Below are positions 18,501 through 25,864 of a stretch of 26,008 nt of DNA, one piece after another (the stretch's first letter is position 1; every line of letters starts with the position of its first letter). This DNA comes from a virus (taxonomy: Duplodnaviria; Caudoviricetes). The translations under genes and the position numbers were made by a program. The notes beneath the pieces are model-generated. The model worked only from the letters and a program-made list of their open reading frames with translations. It did no database searches and was not told where the DNA came from. The stretch is taken from the IMG/VR virus record IMGVR_UViG_3300037483_000502, positions 1-26,008 of that record. One strand, given 5' to 3'.

Positions 18501-20086
18501 TCCTCGCCGATCCTCAGCTCAATGCGCCGGAGGTTCATCGTGAGGCTTTGGAGTTCGCCCGCGAGCAGACATTCACAACCCCGCCGGGCGAAGTGGCGCA
18601 AAAGCTGAGCGGGTTCCTCAATACTGCCCGCGTTGGAAACGTTCCGGCCGGGCGCGTTGTGGTTCCGTTTTTCAACGTGATCAATAACATTACGAAATAC
18701 ACAACGGCGCGCGTTCCAGGGCTGGCTCTGGTCAATCCGAACTCGAAAACTTACAAGGATTTCTTTTCGCCGGATCCTGCAAAGCGTCAACTGGTCATGG
18801 GCAAATGGGCAACGGGCGGTTCGCTTCTCGGGTTTGGCGCATGGGCAAGCCTTAACGGGATCTGTACGGGCCGCATCTCTGATAACTTCAAAATGGTTTC
18901 TCAGATCGAGCAGGGGCAGGGCAAGAAACGGTACGCTTGCCATTTGCCCGGAACCGATAAGATGATGAATTACAACCGCCTCGAGCCCGCCGGGATGTTG
19001 ATGGCGATTGCCGCCGATACATCGAACGCGCTGGCCTATGTGGATAACGAGGAAGAACGGCAAAACCTCGTGCTCGCGGCAACGGCGGCCGTTGTTCCGT
19101 ACATGCAGGATAAGAGCTTTTTCGAGGGGATCTCGCGTTTCTTCGAGGCGTTCAATCCGCAATACGGCGATGATGGCGCGCGCTCTGAGGCGATCGGGCG
19201 GTACTTCTCTGATCTGCTCGCAACCGCGCCGGGTGCAGTTCTGGGGCCAGCCGCGCCGGGTACGCCGCTCAGCCGCAACGTGAAATCAAACCTTTTCATG
19301 GATCGCGCGAAACGGGTTGCCGAGGCGAACAAGTGGAGCATCGAAAAAGATCAGTACGGCGATGATATTCTTGTTGCCGAAAGCGAGAGCTATCAAATGT
19401 GGGATCGGGCGATAAACAAGATATACGGTTCAACGCCCGGCCTCTCGAAAGATCTACCCGCCGATGTGAATATCTGGGGCGAGGAAATACAGTATGAGGG
19501 CGGGCTCGGGCCGGATCTCGTAACGCCGATCTATACGAATACGCCGAAATTCGATTTCAAAGATCTGAAAGGCAAGAACTTCCCGAAACAGATCGAGGCC
19601 GGGCGTTTCCGCGATATGCGCGTTGGATCGGATCTGACCATCGAACAGCATCGGGAATTTGTAAAGGTTGTCGGCATCGATGGCGAACTTGAGCGGCTGA
19701 ATATGCCATTGAGCAAGCCGCGCTCTGATATCTCGGCCCGCGTAAATGGGAAGGTTTACGGCTTGCCCGTTGAGCTCAACCCCGGCGATCGGATCGATCT
19801 GATCAAAATCATGAACGAGATCCGGGTTCCGAACGATGCCCATCCGGATCGCAAGCGCATGAACATGAAAGAAACGCTCGATTGGATGATAGAGCAAAAA
19901 GAATATGCTATGCTTCCGGATGATCGGGATGCCACAGGCGCAAAGGGCGATCTGATCAGAAAAGTTTACAATGAGTACAAGGGGGCGGCGGTCGAGCTGT
20001 TCTTTGCCAATCATCCCAAAGGGCAAGCATATTTCAGAAAGAGCGTTGAAATGAAACAAAAAGCTCAAAATACAGGAGTGCAGTAA
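15542..20086 (+). CDS. Large internal virion (ejection) protein with an embedded GH108 lysozyme domain
   Basis: 1514 aa. The segment at about 16607-17031 has EGG...D.GGATLFGVS, FDAAVHHG and KFLKGWNNRI (GH108 plus PG-binding_3 signatures). Position matches T7 gp16. Confidence 0.82.
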   Translation: MSNFLATNENPVASYEGKVRAAMDYNHPAEIAYRDGRERSKAKQAAAVQYERREVVDDDATYVIEDREDGPYIIAKQQGNEPIRSFGDAGLKLDEVPESAIDKTVFDRVGEIAAGAGEVGEGAMRGIGLGTTKFITNVIRSAVDNPIGDFALGPENVEAFEQFSTEFLKNADIAANKSGITGKEFGTGGQIAVDVGDVAGQYVAPAAGLYKAYRAMGAGALLSSVLADGTVGFFGVSPEQENIANLIPEDSKAFGALRELIATDPDDGDFENRTRNAVEAIGMLGIGEVAARSIIGAVKSGKQAIKAIEVPESVGKAIDKHLPKLLGAGAATGAMAPGDAEGSVGPQSAIDTDDRFTQAMAFTRQAEGGAANVKGDRGGATLFGVSSKSFPDEYEAAKKLLKTKGEDAARAYLEETVYSGIWQDVVTEDMNARQAAVIFDAAVHHGPDRARKMFDQAQGDPAKMLDIRQAFVRQIAARDPSQLKFLKGWNNRIRDLKSATRSDGIQVAAAGNMGFQLLAEDMANPNLKLAGGKTDLIKRGIQKLDELSRPAEKALVPSETLDKAGKLITQPGERIVPEDVVTRARAALESTGKAEGIDFNLSRMETPDQLNNLIDEISEVYKEPIAKNKRGVETFDDTQAKADLSRQMGFNVDEVLSRQPGELWPAHKIKAARDIFVSELTKTDDLARSIKAGGNSSENMIAFRRQLAVVSALQSQIKGVQTETARALSQYRMTAKSAMERQVNIAEMVQKSGGAETNEMLVDAYLNVLENGGPDAAAVFARNAEQVSGPDMLFEAWINSLLGSPATHAVNMVGNSLTINQAVIERYAAATYGAAERGAARALGKEATQGVSFSEANAFAQGQAMATNDAMVAFLKAMRSGEGSDIFGKMDYTPSITAQNINELPLAKTITSKFMQGDELVKSNSQLAHMIDFMGEYYYRLPGRFLMAEDEFFKTMNYRAQLHALAAREAFQTGASKEAQAARLQEILADPQLNAPEVHREALEFAREQTFTTPPGEVAQKLSGFLNTARVGNVPAGRVVVPFFNVINNITKYTTARVPGLALVNPNSKTYKDFFSPDPAKRQLVMGKWATGGSLLGFGAWASLNGICTGRISDNFKMVSQIEQGQGKKRYACHLPGTDKMMNYNRLEPAGMLMAIAADTSNALAYVDNEEERQNLVLAATAAVVPYMQDKSFFEGISRFFEAFNPQYGDDGARSEAIGRYFSDLLATAPGAVLGPAAPGTPLSRNVKSNLFMDRAKRVAEANKWSIEKDQYGDDILVAESESYQMWDRAINKIYGSTPGLSKDLPADVNIWGEEIQYEGGLGPDLVTPIYTNTPKFDFKDLKGKNFPKQIEAGRFRDMRVGSDLTIEQHREFVKVVGIDGELERLNMPLSKPRSDISARVNGKVYGLPVELNPGDRIDLIKIMNEIRVPNDAHPDRKRMNMKETLDWMIEQKEYAMLPDDRDATGAKGDLIRKVYNEYKGAAVELFFANHPKGQAYFRKSVEMKQKAQNTGVQ

Positions 20087-20087
20087 G

Positions 20088-22073
20088 ATGGCTGAAATCG
20101 TAATCAATGATATCGAACCTTTGAACGGTTATACCGCGAGCGGCGGTGAAACTGGCTTTGATTTTGATTTCCCGATCTTCGATGCCGATGATCTGGTTGT
20201 TCTCGAGATCGAGGATGATGGAACGGTAAACACGCTCGTTCGCGGCGATGATTATTCCGTAACGGGTACAGGGCTCGCCGATGGTGGATCGATCGTTTTC
20301 GATCTCACGCCGTATCCGGATGGGGCTGAGGAAGATTTCCGCTATGTGCTTTATCGCGATCTCGCCGTTTCCCGGGTGACTGACTTCCTGACAGGCGGCG
20401 ATTTCAAAGCGGAAACGATGAACCGCGAACTCGATAAGCTGGTTATGATGCTGCAACAAAACGAGCTCGAGATTAAGAGATCGCTCGGATTGCAGAAAGC
20501 CGATGCCGAGGATGAGATCAATTTCGAGATCGAAACGGCGGCGGCCCGTACTGACAAAGTTCTTATTTTTGGCGCAAGCGGGAACACGGTAAAAGCTGGC
20601 CCCACGAGCGGCGATATTACAACGGTTGCGAACAGCATCGCGAACGTAAATATCGTTGGCGCGGCGATCGCCAATGTGAACACGGTTGCCGGAGCGATCG
20701 CGAACGTAAATACCGTGGCAGGAATTGCGGCGAACGTAACAACCGTTGCCGGGATCTCTGCCAACGTAACCACGGTCGCAGGGATCAGCGCGAACGTAAC
20801 CACGGTCGCGGGCATCGATACCGAGGTTGCGGCTCTCGGCCCCATTGCCGCCGATATTACAGCCGTTGCCGCCATCGATAGCGATGTAACAACGGTCGCG
20901 GCCAATGATGCGAACATTACAACGCTCGCCGGGCTGGATACGGAGATTACCGCTCTCGGCGCAATAACGGCCGATATCACGGCGGCGGCGGCGATCGATA
21001 CGGAGATTTCGGCGGTCGCGGCGATTGCATCCGATGTAACAACCGTTGCCGCGAACATCGCCGGAGTGAACAGCTTTGCCGAGCGGTATCGCGTGGAGGC
21101 ATCGGATCCGGCAACCTCTCTCGATGAGGGCGATCTCGTTTACAATACAACGGATAACGTTCTCAAATATTACGATGGCGCAAGCTGGAACAGCATCGCT
21201 CCGGGGATCTCTCAGGTTGTCGATGATACAACGCCTCAGCTCGGCGGAATGCTCGATGTAAACGGGCAAGCAATCGGCGATGGAACGCGGGAATTGCTCA
21301 CGTTTACCGAGGACGGATCAGCCGTAAATCATCTTAACATCGAAAATCAGGCAACAGGCGGCGGGCCAATTCTCTCGGCGGTTGGCGATGATACGAACAT
21401 CAATCTTTTATTGAGGGCAAAGGGAACGGGGGTTCTCGATCTCGATGGGTTACTCTGGCCGAGCGCGGATGGTACAGCCGATCAGGTTTTGAAAACGGAT
21501 GGTGCCGGAAATATTTCGTTCGGGAGTGTAAGCGGGGGTTTAGTTCTCTTGGGGACGGCAACAGCCAGCGGTGCGTCAAGTATTGATTTTATAAGCCTTA
21601 TTGATGGGACTTATGAATGTTATTTATTAGAATTTTCAGATGTTTATCCATCCTCCGACGGTGCAGTATTAAACTTCCGATTAAGTTCGAATAACGGATC
21701 AAGCTATGCAACATCGTACAATATCAGTGGTGTTTTAAGCACACCAACCGGCGCGGGAGCGGTTTCAAACTCTGCCCTTGGCGGGACAACGGCGGACGGA
21801 AAAATGATTGATGGAAACACGAACGACGGAACCGATACAGCGGGGGGCGCGGCAGGCCATATTTTTATTCACGACCCTTATGTTGCCAGCACAAAGAAAA
21901 CAAAATTCACCGGCCAAGTCGGGAGTTTAAATAACAACATCCCAACCGGATTTTGCTCTTATTCCTTTTCAGGGATGAGAAACACAGCAGCCGCCGACAA
22001 CGCTTGTCAATTAAAATATGACACTGGCAACATTAACGGCAAAGCAAAACTTTATGGAGTGATAAAATCATGA
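20088..22073 (+). CDS. Tail fibre protein
   Basis: T7 gp17-like N-terminal anchor (FDFDFPIF...MNRELDKL), repeat shaft, DTTPQLGGMLDVNG and WPSADGTADQVLKTDGAGNISF knob motifs, and a tip ending KLYGV. Confidence 0.88.
   Translation: MAEIVINDIEPLNGYTASGGETGFDFDFPIFDADDLVVLEIEDDGTVNTLVRGDDYSVTGTGLADGGSIVFDLTPYPDGAEEDFRYVLYRDLAVSRVTDFLTGGDFKAETMNRELDKLVMMLQQNELEIKRSLGLQKADAEDEINFEIETAAARTDKVLIFGASGNTVKAGPTSGDITTVANSIANVNIVGAAIANVNTVAGAIANVNTVAGIAANVTTVAGISANVTTVAGISANVTTVAGIDTEVAALGPIAADITAVAAIDSDVTTVAANDANITTLAGLDTEITALGAITADITAAAAIDTEISAVAAIASDVTTVAANIAGVNSFAERYRVEASDPATSLDEGDLVYNTTDNVLKYYDGASWNSIAPGISQVVDDTTPQLGGMLDVNGQAIGDGTRELLTFTEDGSAVNHLNIENQATGGGPILSAVGDDTNINLLLRAKGTGVLDLDGLLWPSADGTADQVLKTDGAGNISFGSVSGGLVLLGTATASGASSIDFISLIDGTYECYLLEFSDVYPSSDGAVLNFRLSSNNGSSYATSYNISGVLSTPTGAGAVSNSALGGTTADGKMIDGNTNDGTDTAGGAAGHIFIHDPYVASTKKTKFTGQVGSLNNNIPTGFCSYSFSGMRNTAAADNACQLKYDTGNINGKAKLYGVIKS
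20640..20819 (+). repeat. Six 30-nt tandem coding repeats (ANV[NT][TI]V[AG]xxx), flanked by degenerate copies from about 20607 to 21075
   Basis: Units begin gcgaacgta, gccaatgtg or gccaacgta at 30-nt spacing from 20640. Confidence 0.85.
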
Positions 22074-22588
22074 ACGATGTAACACATAAATGCGTTGCGA
22101 TCCCGGTTCGATTAAACAAGCCTTCGGAAAAACTTTCAGACCAAGACCGCGAAGAATTAAAATACTATGGCGATGTGCCATTAACCCAAGAAGAAATTCT
22201 GGCGAGGGAAACTGAAATTCAAGTTAGTTTCCGGCAAAAACTTATACTTTTTGTTGATACTTATCGAGCCGTTGCCGCCGAAGGTCTTGTTTCTTTCCAA
22301 GGCATCTCAGCACACGGCGATGATAAAACCCGCGCCGCGATCTCCGAAACGGTGCAGTTCTGGCAGGAGCTCGATCCCGAGGATGCGCCGGATACGATTG
22401 ATTGGCAGAGCCCCGATGGGTTCCATGCGATCAGCCTCTCAACCCTGATCGGCCTCGGCAAGCAAATCGGCTTTCAACGGCAAAAATCTTTCAGCGTGAA
22501 AAAGGCTGTTCTTGCTGCAATCGAAGCCGGGCAGATTACAACGATCGAGGAAGCGAAAGCGGCCTTTGATGCGGGGATGCTGGCATGA
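22070..22588 (+). CDS. DUF4376-like tail fibre-associated protein
   Basis: DDKTRAAI...IDWQSPDG...L...IG...F pattern; directly after the tail fibre with ATGA overlap. Confidence 0.65.
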   Translation: MNDVTHKCVAIPVRLNKPSEKLSDQDREELKYYGDVPLTQEEILARETEIQVSFRQKLILFVDTYRAVAAEGLVSFQGISAHGDDKTRAAISETVQFWQELDPEDAPDTIDWQSPDGFHAISLSTLIGLGKQIGFQRQKSFSVKKAVLAAIEAGQITTIEEAKAAFDAGMLA

Positions 22589-23046
22589 TGCAACCGATCC
22601 TCATACCGATCATCGGGAAAGAAAGCGGCGATCGCTGGATGCTTACGGGCGCATGGGATGGCAAAGCCAACCTTACGGGGCGATGGGCTTATGAGTTCGG
22701 CATTGCAAGCGATCGATATCGCCTCGAGATCCCGCATCGCTTTGATGCCCTCGATGGCGCGAGCGTTCCCCGGTTCCTGCAAGCGATCATCCGTATGGGC
22801 GGGCGCGAGATGCCGGATGAGGCATGGTTGCCGCATGATTTTTTCTATCATCACAAGGGCCGGATGCCGAACGGTACGTTCTATAAACTCATCAATGGCG
22901 ATTGGGTTCCGGTCGAAAAGGTTTCAAAGCAATTTGCCGATCGGGTTTTTTACAACGAGCTGAAACAGGGGCGGCATGGGTTATCGAGCTTCAAAGCTCC
23001 GGTTGCATATGCCGGGGTTCGAGCGGCCTTTTGGAAAGGTTTTTAA
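22585..23046 (+). CDS. DUF1353-family protein
   Basis: DGASVPR, HDFFY, ADRVF and YAGVR motifs. Confidence 0.8.
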   Translation: MMQPILIPIIGKESGDRWMLTGAWDGKANLTGRWAYEFGIASDRYRLEIPHRFDALDGASVPRFLQAIIRMGGREMPDEAWLPHDFFYHHKGRMPNGTFYKLINGDWVPVEKVSKQFADRVFYNELKQGRHGLSSFKAPVAYAGVRAAFWKGF

Positions 23047-23060
23047 ATGGGCAAGGGGGG

Positions 23061-23363
23061 ATGCTAAGCATGAGCAATATTGACGAACTTTCGAGAATGA
23101 TCGGATCAATTCAAGCCGATGTTTTGCACATCCGGCGCAACACTGAAATCATTGATGGAAAAGTTGATAAAACGAACGATCAGATGATCCGCATCGAAGG
23201 TTCGACAAAATCGGCTCATAAGCGCATCGATGAGGTTCGGCAAGATGTTGAGCGGCATAACAACCTCGAGCAAAAAGGATACGGCGCGATAACCGTTCTC
23301 GGCGTTGTGTTCGGTTTTATCGGCGCGCTCATCGGGAAATTGTTTTCGCATTTTATGGGGTAG
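23061..23363 (+). CDS. Holin-like membrane protein (coiled coil plus one C-terminal TM helix)
   Basis: SAHKRID motif, then hydrophobic AITVLGVVFGFIGALIG; immediately upstream of the endolysin. Start is 23061 or 23070 after AAGGGGGG. Confidence 0.55.
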   Translation: MLSMSNIDELSRMIGSIQADVLHIRRNTEIIDGKVDKTNDQMIRIEGSTKSAHKRIDEVRQDVERHNNLEQKGYGAITVLGVVFGFIGALIGKLFSHFMG

Positions 23364-23366
23364 GTC

Positions 23367-23873
23367 ATGGGCGCGCATACAAAATCAGGCACGATCAAAA
23401 AGGGCATTCTCGGCGGCGCGGTGGGGGCGATGCTCTTGGCAACGCCGTTCGTTGCGAAATGGGAAGGGCTCGAGCTGGCCGCCTATCTGGATCCGGTGCG
23501 CGTTCCAACGATCTGCTACGGATCAACCGAGGGCGTGAAGCTCGGACAGGTCAAGACGCAAGCCGAATGCGATGCCCTGCTCGCGGCTGAGCTCGGGGTA
23601 TTCATGCGCGGCGTTGATGCGGCCGTAAAGGTTCCGATGCCTGAAACCCGCCGGGCGGCCTTAACCTCTTTCGCCTATAACGTAGGGCTCGAGAATTTCC
23701 GGCGGTCAACCCTGCTCAGATTGCTCAATGCCGGGCAAACGGCGGCCGCCTGTAACGAGTTGAGGCGATGGGTATATGCGAAGGGGATAAAGCTCAAGGG
23801 GCTTGTACGGCGCAGGGAAGCCGAAAGAGAGCTATGCCTGATCGGAACCGGACAGGGGGGGCAACCGATATGA
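23367..23873 (+). CDS. GH24 lysozyme, SAR-type endolysin
   Basis: E-x8-D-x5-T triad (EGLELAAYLDPVRVPT), FAYNVG, STLLRLLN and GLVRRREAE. Gly/Ala-rich N-terminal SAR segment after KK. Confidence 0.92.
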   Translation: MGAHTKSGTIKKGILGGAVGAMLLATPFVAKWEGLELAAYLDPVRVPTICYGSTEGVKLGQVKTQAECDALLAAELGVFMRGVDAAVKVPMPETRRAALTSFAYNVGLENFRRSTLLRLLNAGQTAAACNELRRWVYAKGIKLKGLVRRREAERELCLIGTGQGGQPI

Positions 23874-24154
23874 TAGGGTTCGTTCTCAGATATTGGCGGT
23901 TTATCCTGCCCGCTTTGGCGGTTTTTTCGCTCGTGGGCGGGTTTTGGGGGTATGGAGCGGTAAAGTATAGGGCCGGATATGAGGCCGCTCAGGGAGCCTA
24001 TAAATTGAAAATAGAGGCTATAGCCCGGGAAGCCGCAGAAAAGGCCGGGCAGGACAGGGAGAAAATCGCCAATGTGGAAAAGAACCTTGATGATGCTGGC
24101 ATTGATCGCGGGCTCGTTGAGCTTGGTATCATGCGCCGAGCCGATGATCGTTGA
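23870..24154 (+). CDS. Inner-membrane spanin (Rz-like)
   Basis: N-terminal TM helix followed by an Ala/Glu/Lys helix. ATGA overlap with the endolysin. Confidence 0.7.
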   Translation: MIGFVLRYWRFILPALAVFSLVGGFWGYGAVKYRAGYEAAQGAYKLKIEAIAREAAEKAGQDREKIANVEKNLDDAGIDRGLVELGIMRRADDR

Positions 24155-24278
24155 TACCTATTGCCAGAGAACGGAGCGGGGTACAGCCCATCCGGACGAT
24201 ACCCCGCAAACGAAAAGATGGATGTTCCGATATGAAACGGGCCGCCGAGGATATTGCCCGGGCAATTATCAGAACTGA
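24090..24278 (+). CDS. Outer-membrane lipoprotein spanin (Rz1-like)
   Basis: Signal peptide with lipobox LVSC; overlaps the 3' end of the Rz-like gene in another frame. Confidence 0.7.
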   Translation: MMLALIAGSLSLVSCAEPMIVDTYCQRTERGTAHPDDTPQTKRWMFRYETGRRGYCPGNYQN

Positions 24279-24433
24279 TCGATTTTCCCCGATGCCCTCA
24301 GGCGATCCCATAAAACCTCATTCTCTTTCCTGAGTTTGAGGTTTTCTTTATGGAGATCGATATCGGCGGGCTTGCCCCTGAGGATAGCCCCGAGGATCAG
24401 GCCGCCGATGAATGCTAGAAAGATCCCGCTCAT
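24269..24433 (-). CDS. Small membrane-anchored protein (54 aa, MSGIFLAFIGG...)
   Basis: N-terminal TM helix and a short coiled coil. Start overlaps the stop of the upstream gene (ATGA). Confidence 0.6.
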   Translation of the reverse strand: MSGIFLAFIGGLILGAILRGKPADIDLHKENLKLRKENEVLWDRLRASGKIDQF

Positions 24434-24702
24434 GAGAAAAGATCCTTTGTATCCGGGCATCGATCCGGGTTCTCGACATGGAACATCCTGCATTCTTTGT
24501 TGCCGATGCCATCCTTTTCCCGGGGGATGAGCAGATCGAGAACCTCTTTAAGCGCGGGGTTATCGTGCTGTTTATAATTCCCGTTGAGATGCGCGAGCCA
24601 TACCATACAGCCGCCATCATCCGGTTTGAAATGTACGCAACGCGAGCAATAGCGTTCCTCGTACATCATGCCCTCGGTTCCGTTGGAGAAATATCCCATC
24701 AT
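24430..24702 (-). CDS. Cys-rich hypothetical phage protein
   Basis: GYFSNGTEG..Y...YCSRC, with further Cys residues. GGGGG RBS; coupled to its neighbours. Confidence 0.7.
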   Translation of the reverse strand: MMGYFSNGTEGMMYEERYCSRCVHFKPDDGGCMVWLAHLNGNYKQHDNPALKEVLDLLIPREKDGIGNKECRMFHVENPDRCPDTKDLFS

Positions 24703-24998
24703 TCCCCCCTTTCTCTGAGCATCCGATCGGCAACCTCATAAGCCCATCGGCAAAGATCGGGCAGATTGGCCTCGTTCCATTCCCGCTCAGGGTTCGCCAT
24801 CTCGCCCATCATCGCCCGGCCCGCCATATCATCGCGGAGTTTCATCATCTCGAACGATATCATTTTCGGCATTGTCGGGTTCTCATCGATATGATCCATC
24901 GTTCCAAGGATCGATGCCTTGCAATCGCGAAAGCCTCGATTGTAATCCGGACCGCCGTGGGGCTCGTGTTGTTCGATAAAATCTCGGAGTGTTTTCAT
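24699..24998 (-). CDS. Hypothetical phage protein with an LRDxxAxxAM...AYxxADxML motif
   Basis: LRDDMAGRAM and WAYEVADRMLRER are a recurrent small phage motif. Start MKTLR follows the upstream stop. Confidence 0.7.
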   Translation of the reverse strand: MKTLRDFIEQHEPHGGPDYNRGFRDCKASILGTMDHIDENPTMPKMISFEMMKLRDDMAGRAMMGEMANPEREWNEANLPDLCRWAYEVADRMLRERGE

Positions 24999-25000
24999 TT

Positions 25001-25153
25001 TCACCATCCGCAAACTGTTCTGATTGATTGCAAACCGAGATAAAGGCTCAGGCCGAACAGCAACAGCGAGAGCCCATGTTCTTTCTCGATCCATGCGAAA
25101 GTTGCGATCGCCCCGATGCCAACCGAGGCGATCATTACGATGAGCTGGATCAT
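25001..25153 (-). CDS. Small two-TM membrane protein (50 aa), absent from the ORF track
   Basis: Translated by hand: MIQLIVMIASVGIGAIATFAWIEKEHGLSLLLFGLSLYLGLQSIRTVCGW. ATGA overlap with the upstream stop; fills the gap exactly. Confidence 0.65.
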   Translation of the reverse strand: MIQLIVMIASVGIGAIATFAWIEKEHGLSLLLFGLSLYLGLQSIRTVCGW

Positions 25154-25572
25154 TTCGGCCCCTCGATCAGCTTAAAACCGTTATCGATACAACGCTGATA
25201 AACAGTTTCCCCGGTCGAGGTCTGAGCGTATGGCAAGAAAACTTGAACAAGCTCGGCCATTTGAGCCTCGATGATCGCCATTTGCGCCTCGATCCAATCT
25301 TTCAGAATGCGCCAAGCAACCCGCCGGGAATGAGCATCATCCCGATAAGCCTTATCAGCTCTCAGCGCATTGCTTACCCCATCGATATTCGCGGGCAATC
25401 TGAAATGGATCGGGCCTTGATCGTGATTTACCCGAAAACTAATATGCGAGATCTGCCCGGTTCCATCGTATTCGCTCAGGATTGCCGATGCCCCTGCTTT
25501 CGCAAGGATCTTGTGGATCTGGTTTACGGTCTGATCAACGGGAACTTTGGTTGTGTAATTTAGAATTGGCAT
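25150..25572 (-). CDS. Conserved-looking hypothetical phage protein (140 aa)
   Basis: AAAGGGAA RBS; RVAWRILKDWIEAQMA...FLPY motif. Confidence 0.75.
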   Translation of the reverse strand: MPILNYTTKVPVDQTVNQIHKILAKAGASAILSEYDGTGQISHISFRVNHDQGPIHFRLPANIDGVSNALRADKAYRDDAHSRRVAWRILKDWIEAQMAIIEAQMAELVQVFLPYAQTSTGETVYQRCIDNGFKLIEGPK

Positions 25573-25584
25573 TTCATTCCCTTT

Positions 25585-25848
25585 CTAGGCGTTGATTTCA
25601 TCGATCTTGAGAGCCATCACAACGTACCCGGCCGCCTGAGCGAAATCGGTTATGTACGTTATCTCGGCCGTGATCGTTCCGTATGTTGCATGATCCGGCC
25701 ATCCTTTCTCGGGATCGAACTCTTTGATGATCAGGCGATCGCCAACCTGATAATCGCGATCGTTCTTTCGGATCTCGAAATTCTTTTCGCCGGATGCGAG
25801 CCGGGCAAAATATTTCGGATGGCATTTTATTTCGTGCTCTGTTTTCAT
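25585..25848 (-). CDS. DUF3850 / ASCH (PUA-like) domain protein
   Basis: HEIKCHPKYF...GEKNFEIRKNDRDYQVGDRL..KE and GYVVMAL motifs. Confidence 0.85.
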   Translation of the reverse strand: MKTEHEIKCHPKYFARLASGEKNFEIRKNDRDYQVGDRLIIKEFDPEKGWPDHATYGTITAEITYITDFAQAAGYVVMALKIDEINA

Positions 25849-25864
25849 CGCTCTGGTTCCTTCC

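Noticed and set aside
20640-20819. CRISPR-like array
   Set aside because: Contiguous in-frame coding repeats without unique spacers.
21700-22073. Diversity-generating retroelement target in the fibre tip (BPP-1-like gene order, AAC-rich codons)
   Set aside because: No reverse transcriptase and no template-repeat copy seen in this window; cannot be excluded elsewhere in the genome.
22902-23060. N-terminal extension of the holin-like ORF
   Set aside because: Overlaps the DUF1353 gene; the strong RBS lies just before 23061/23070.
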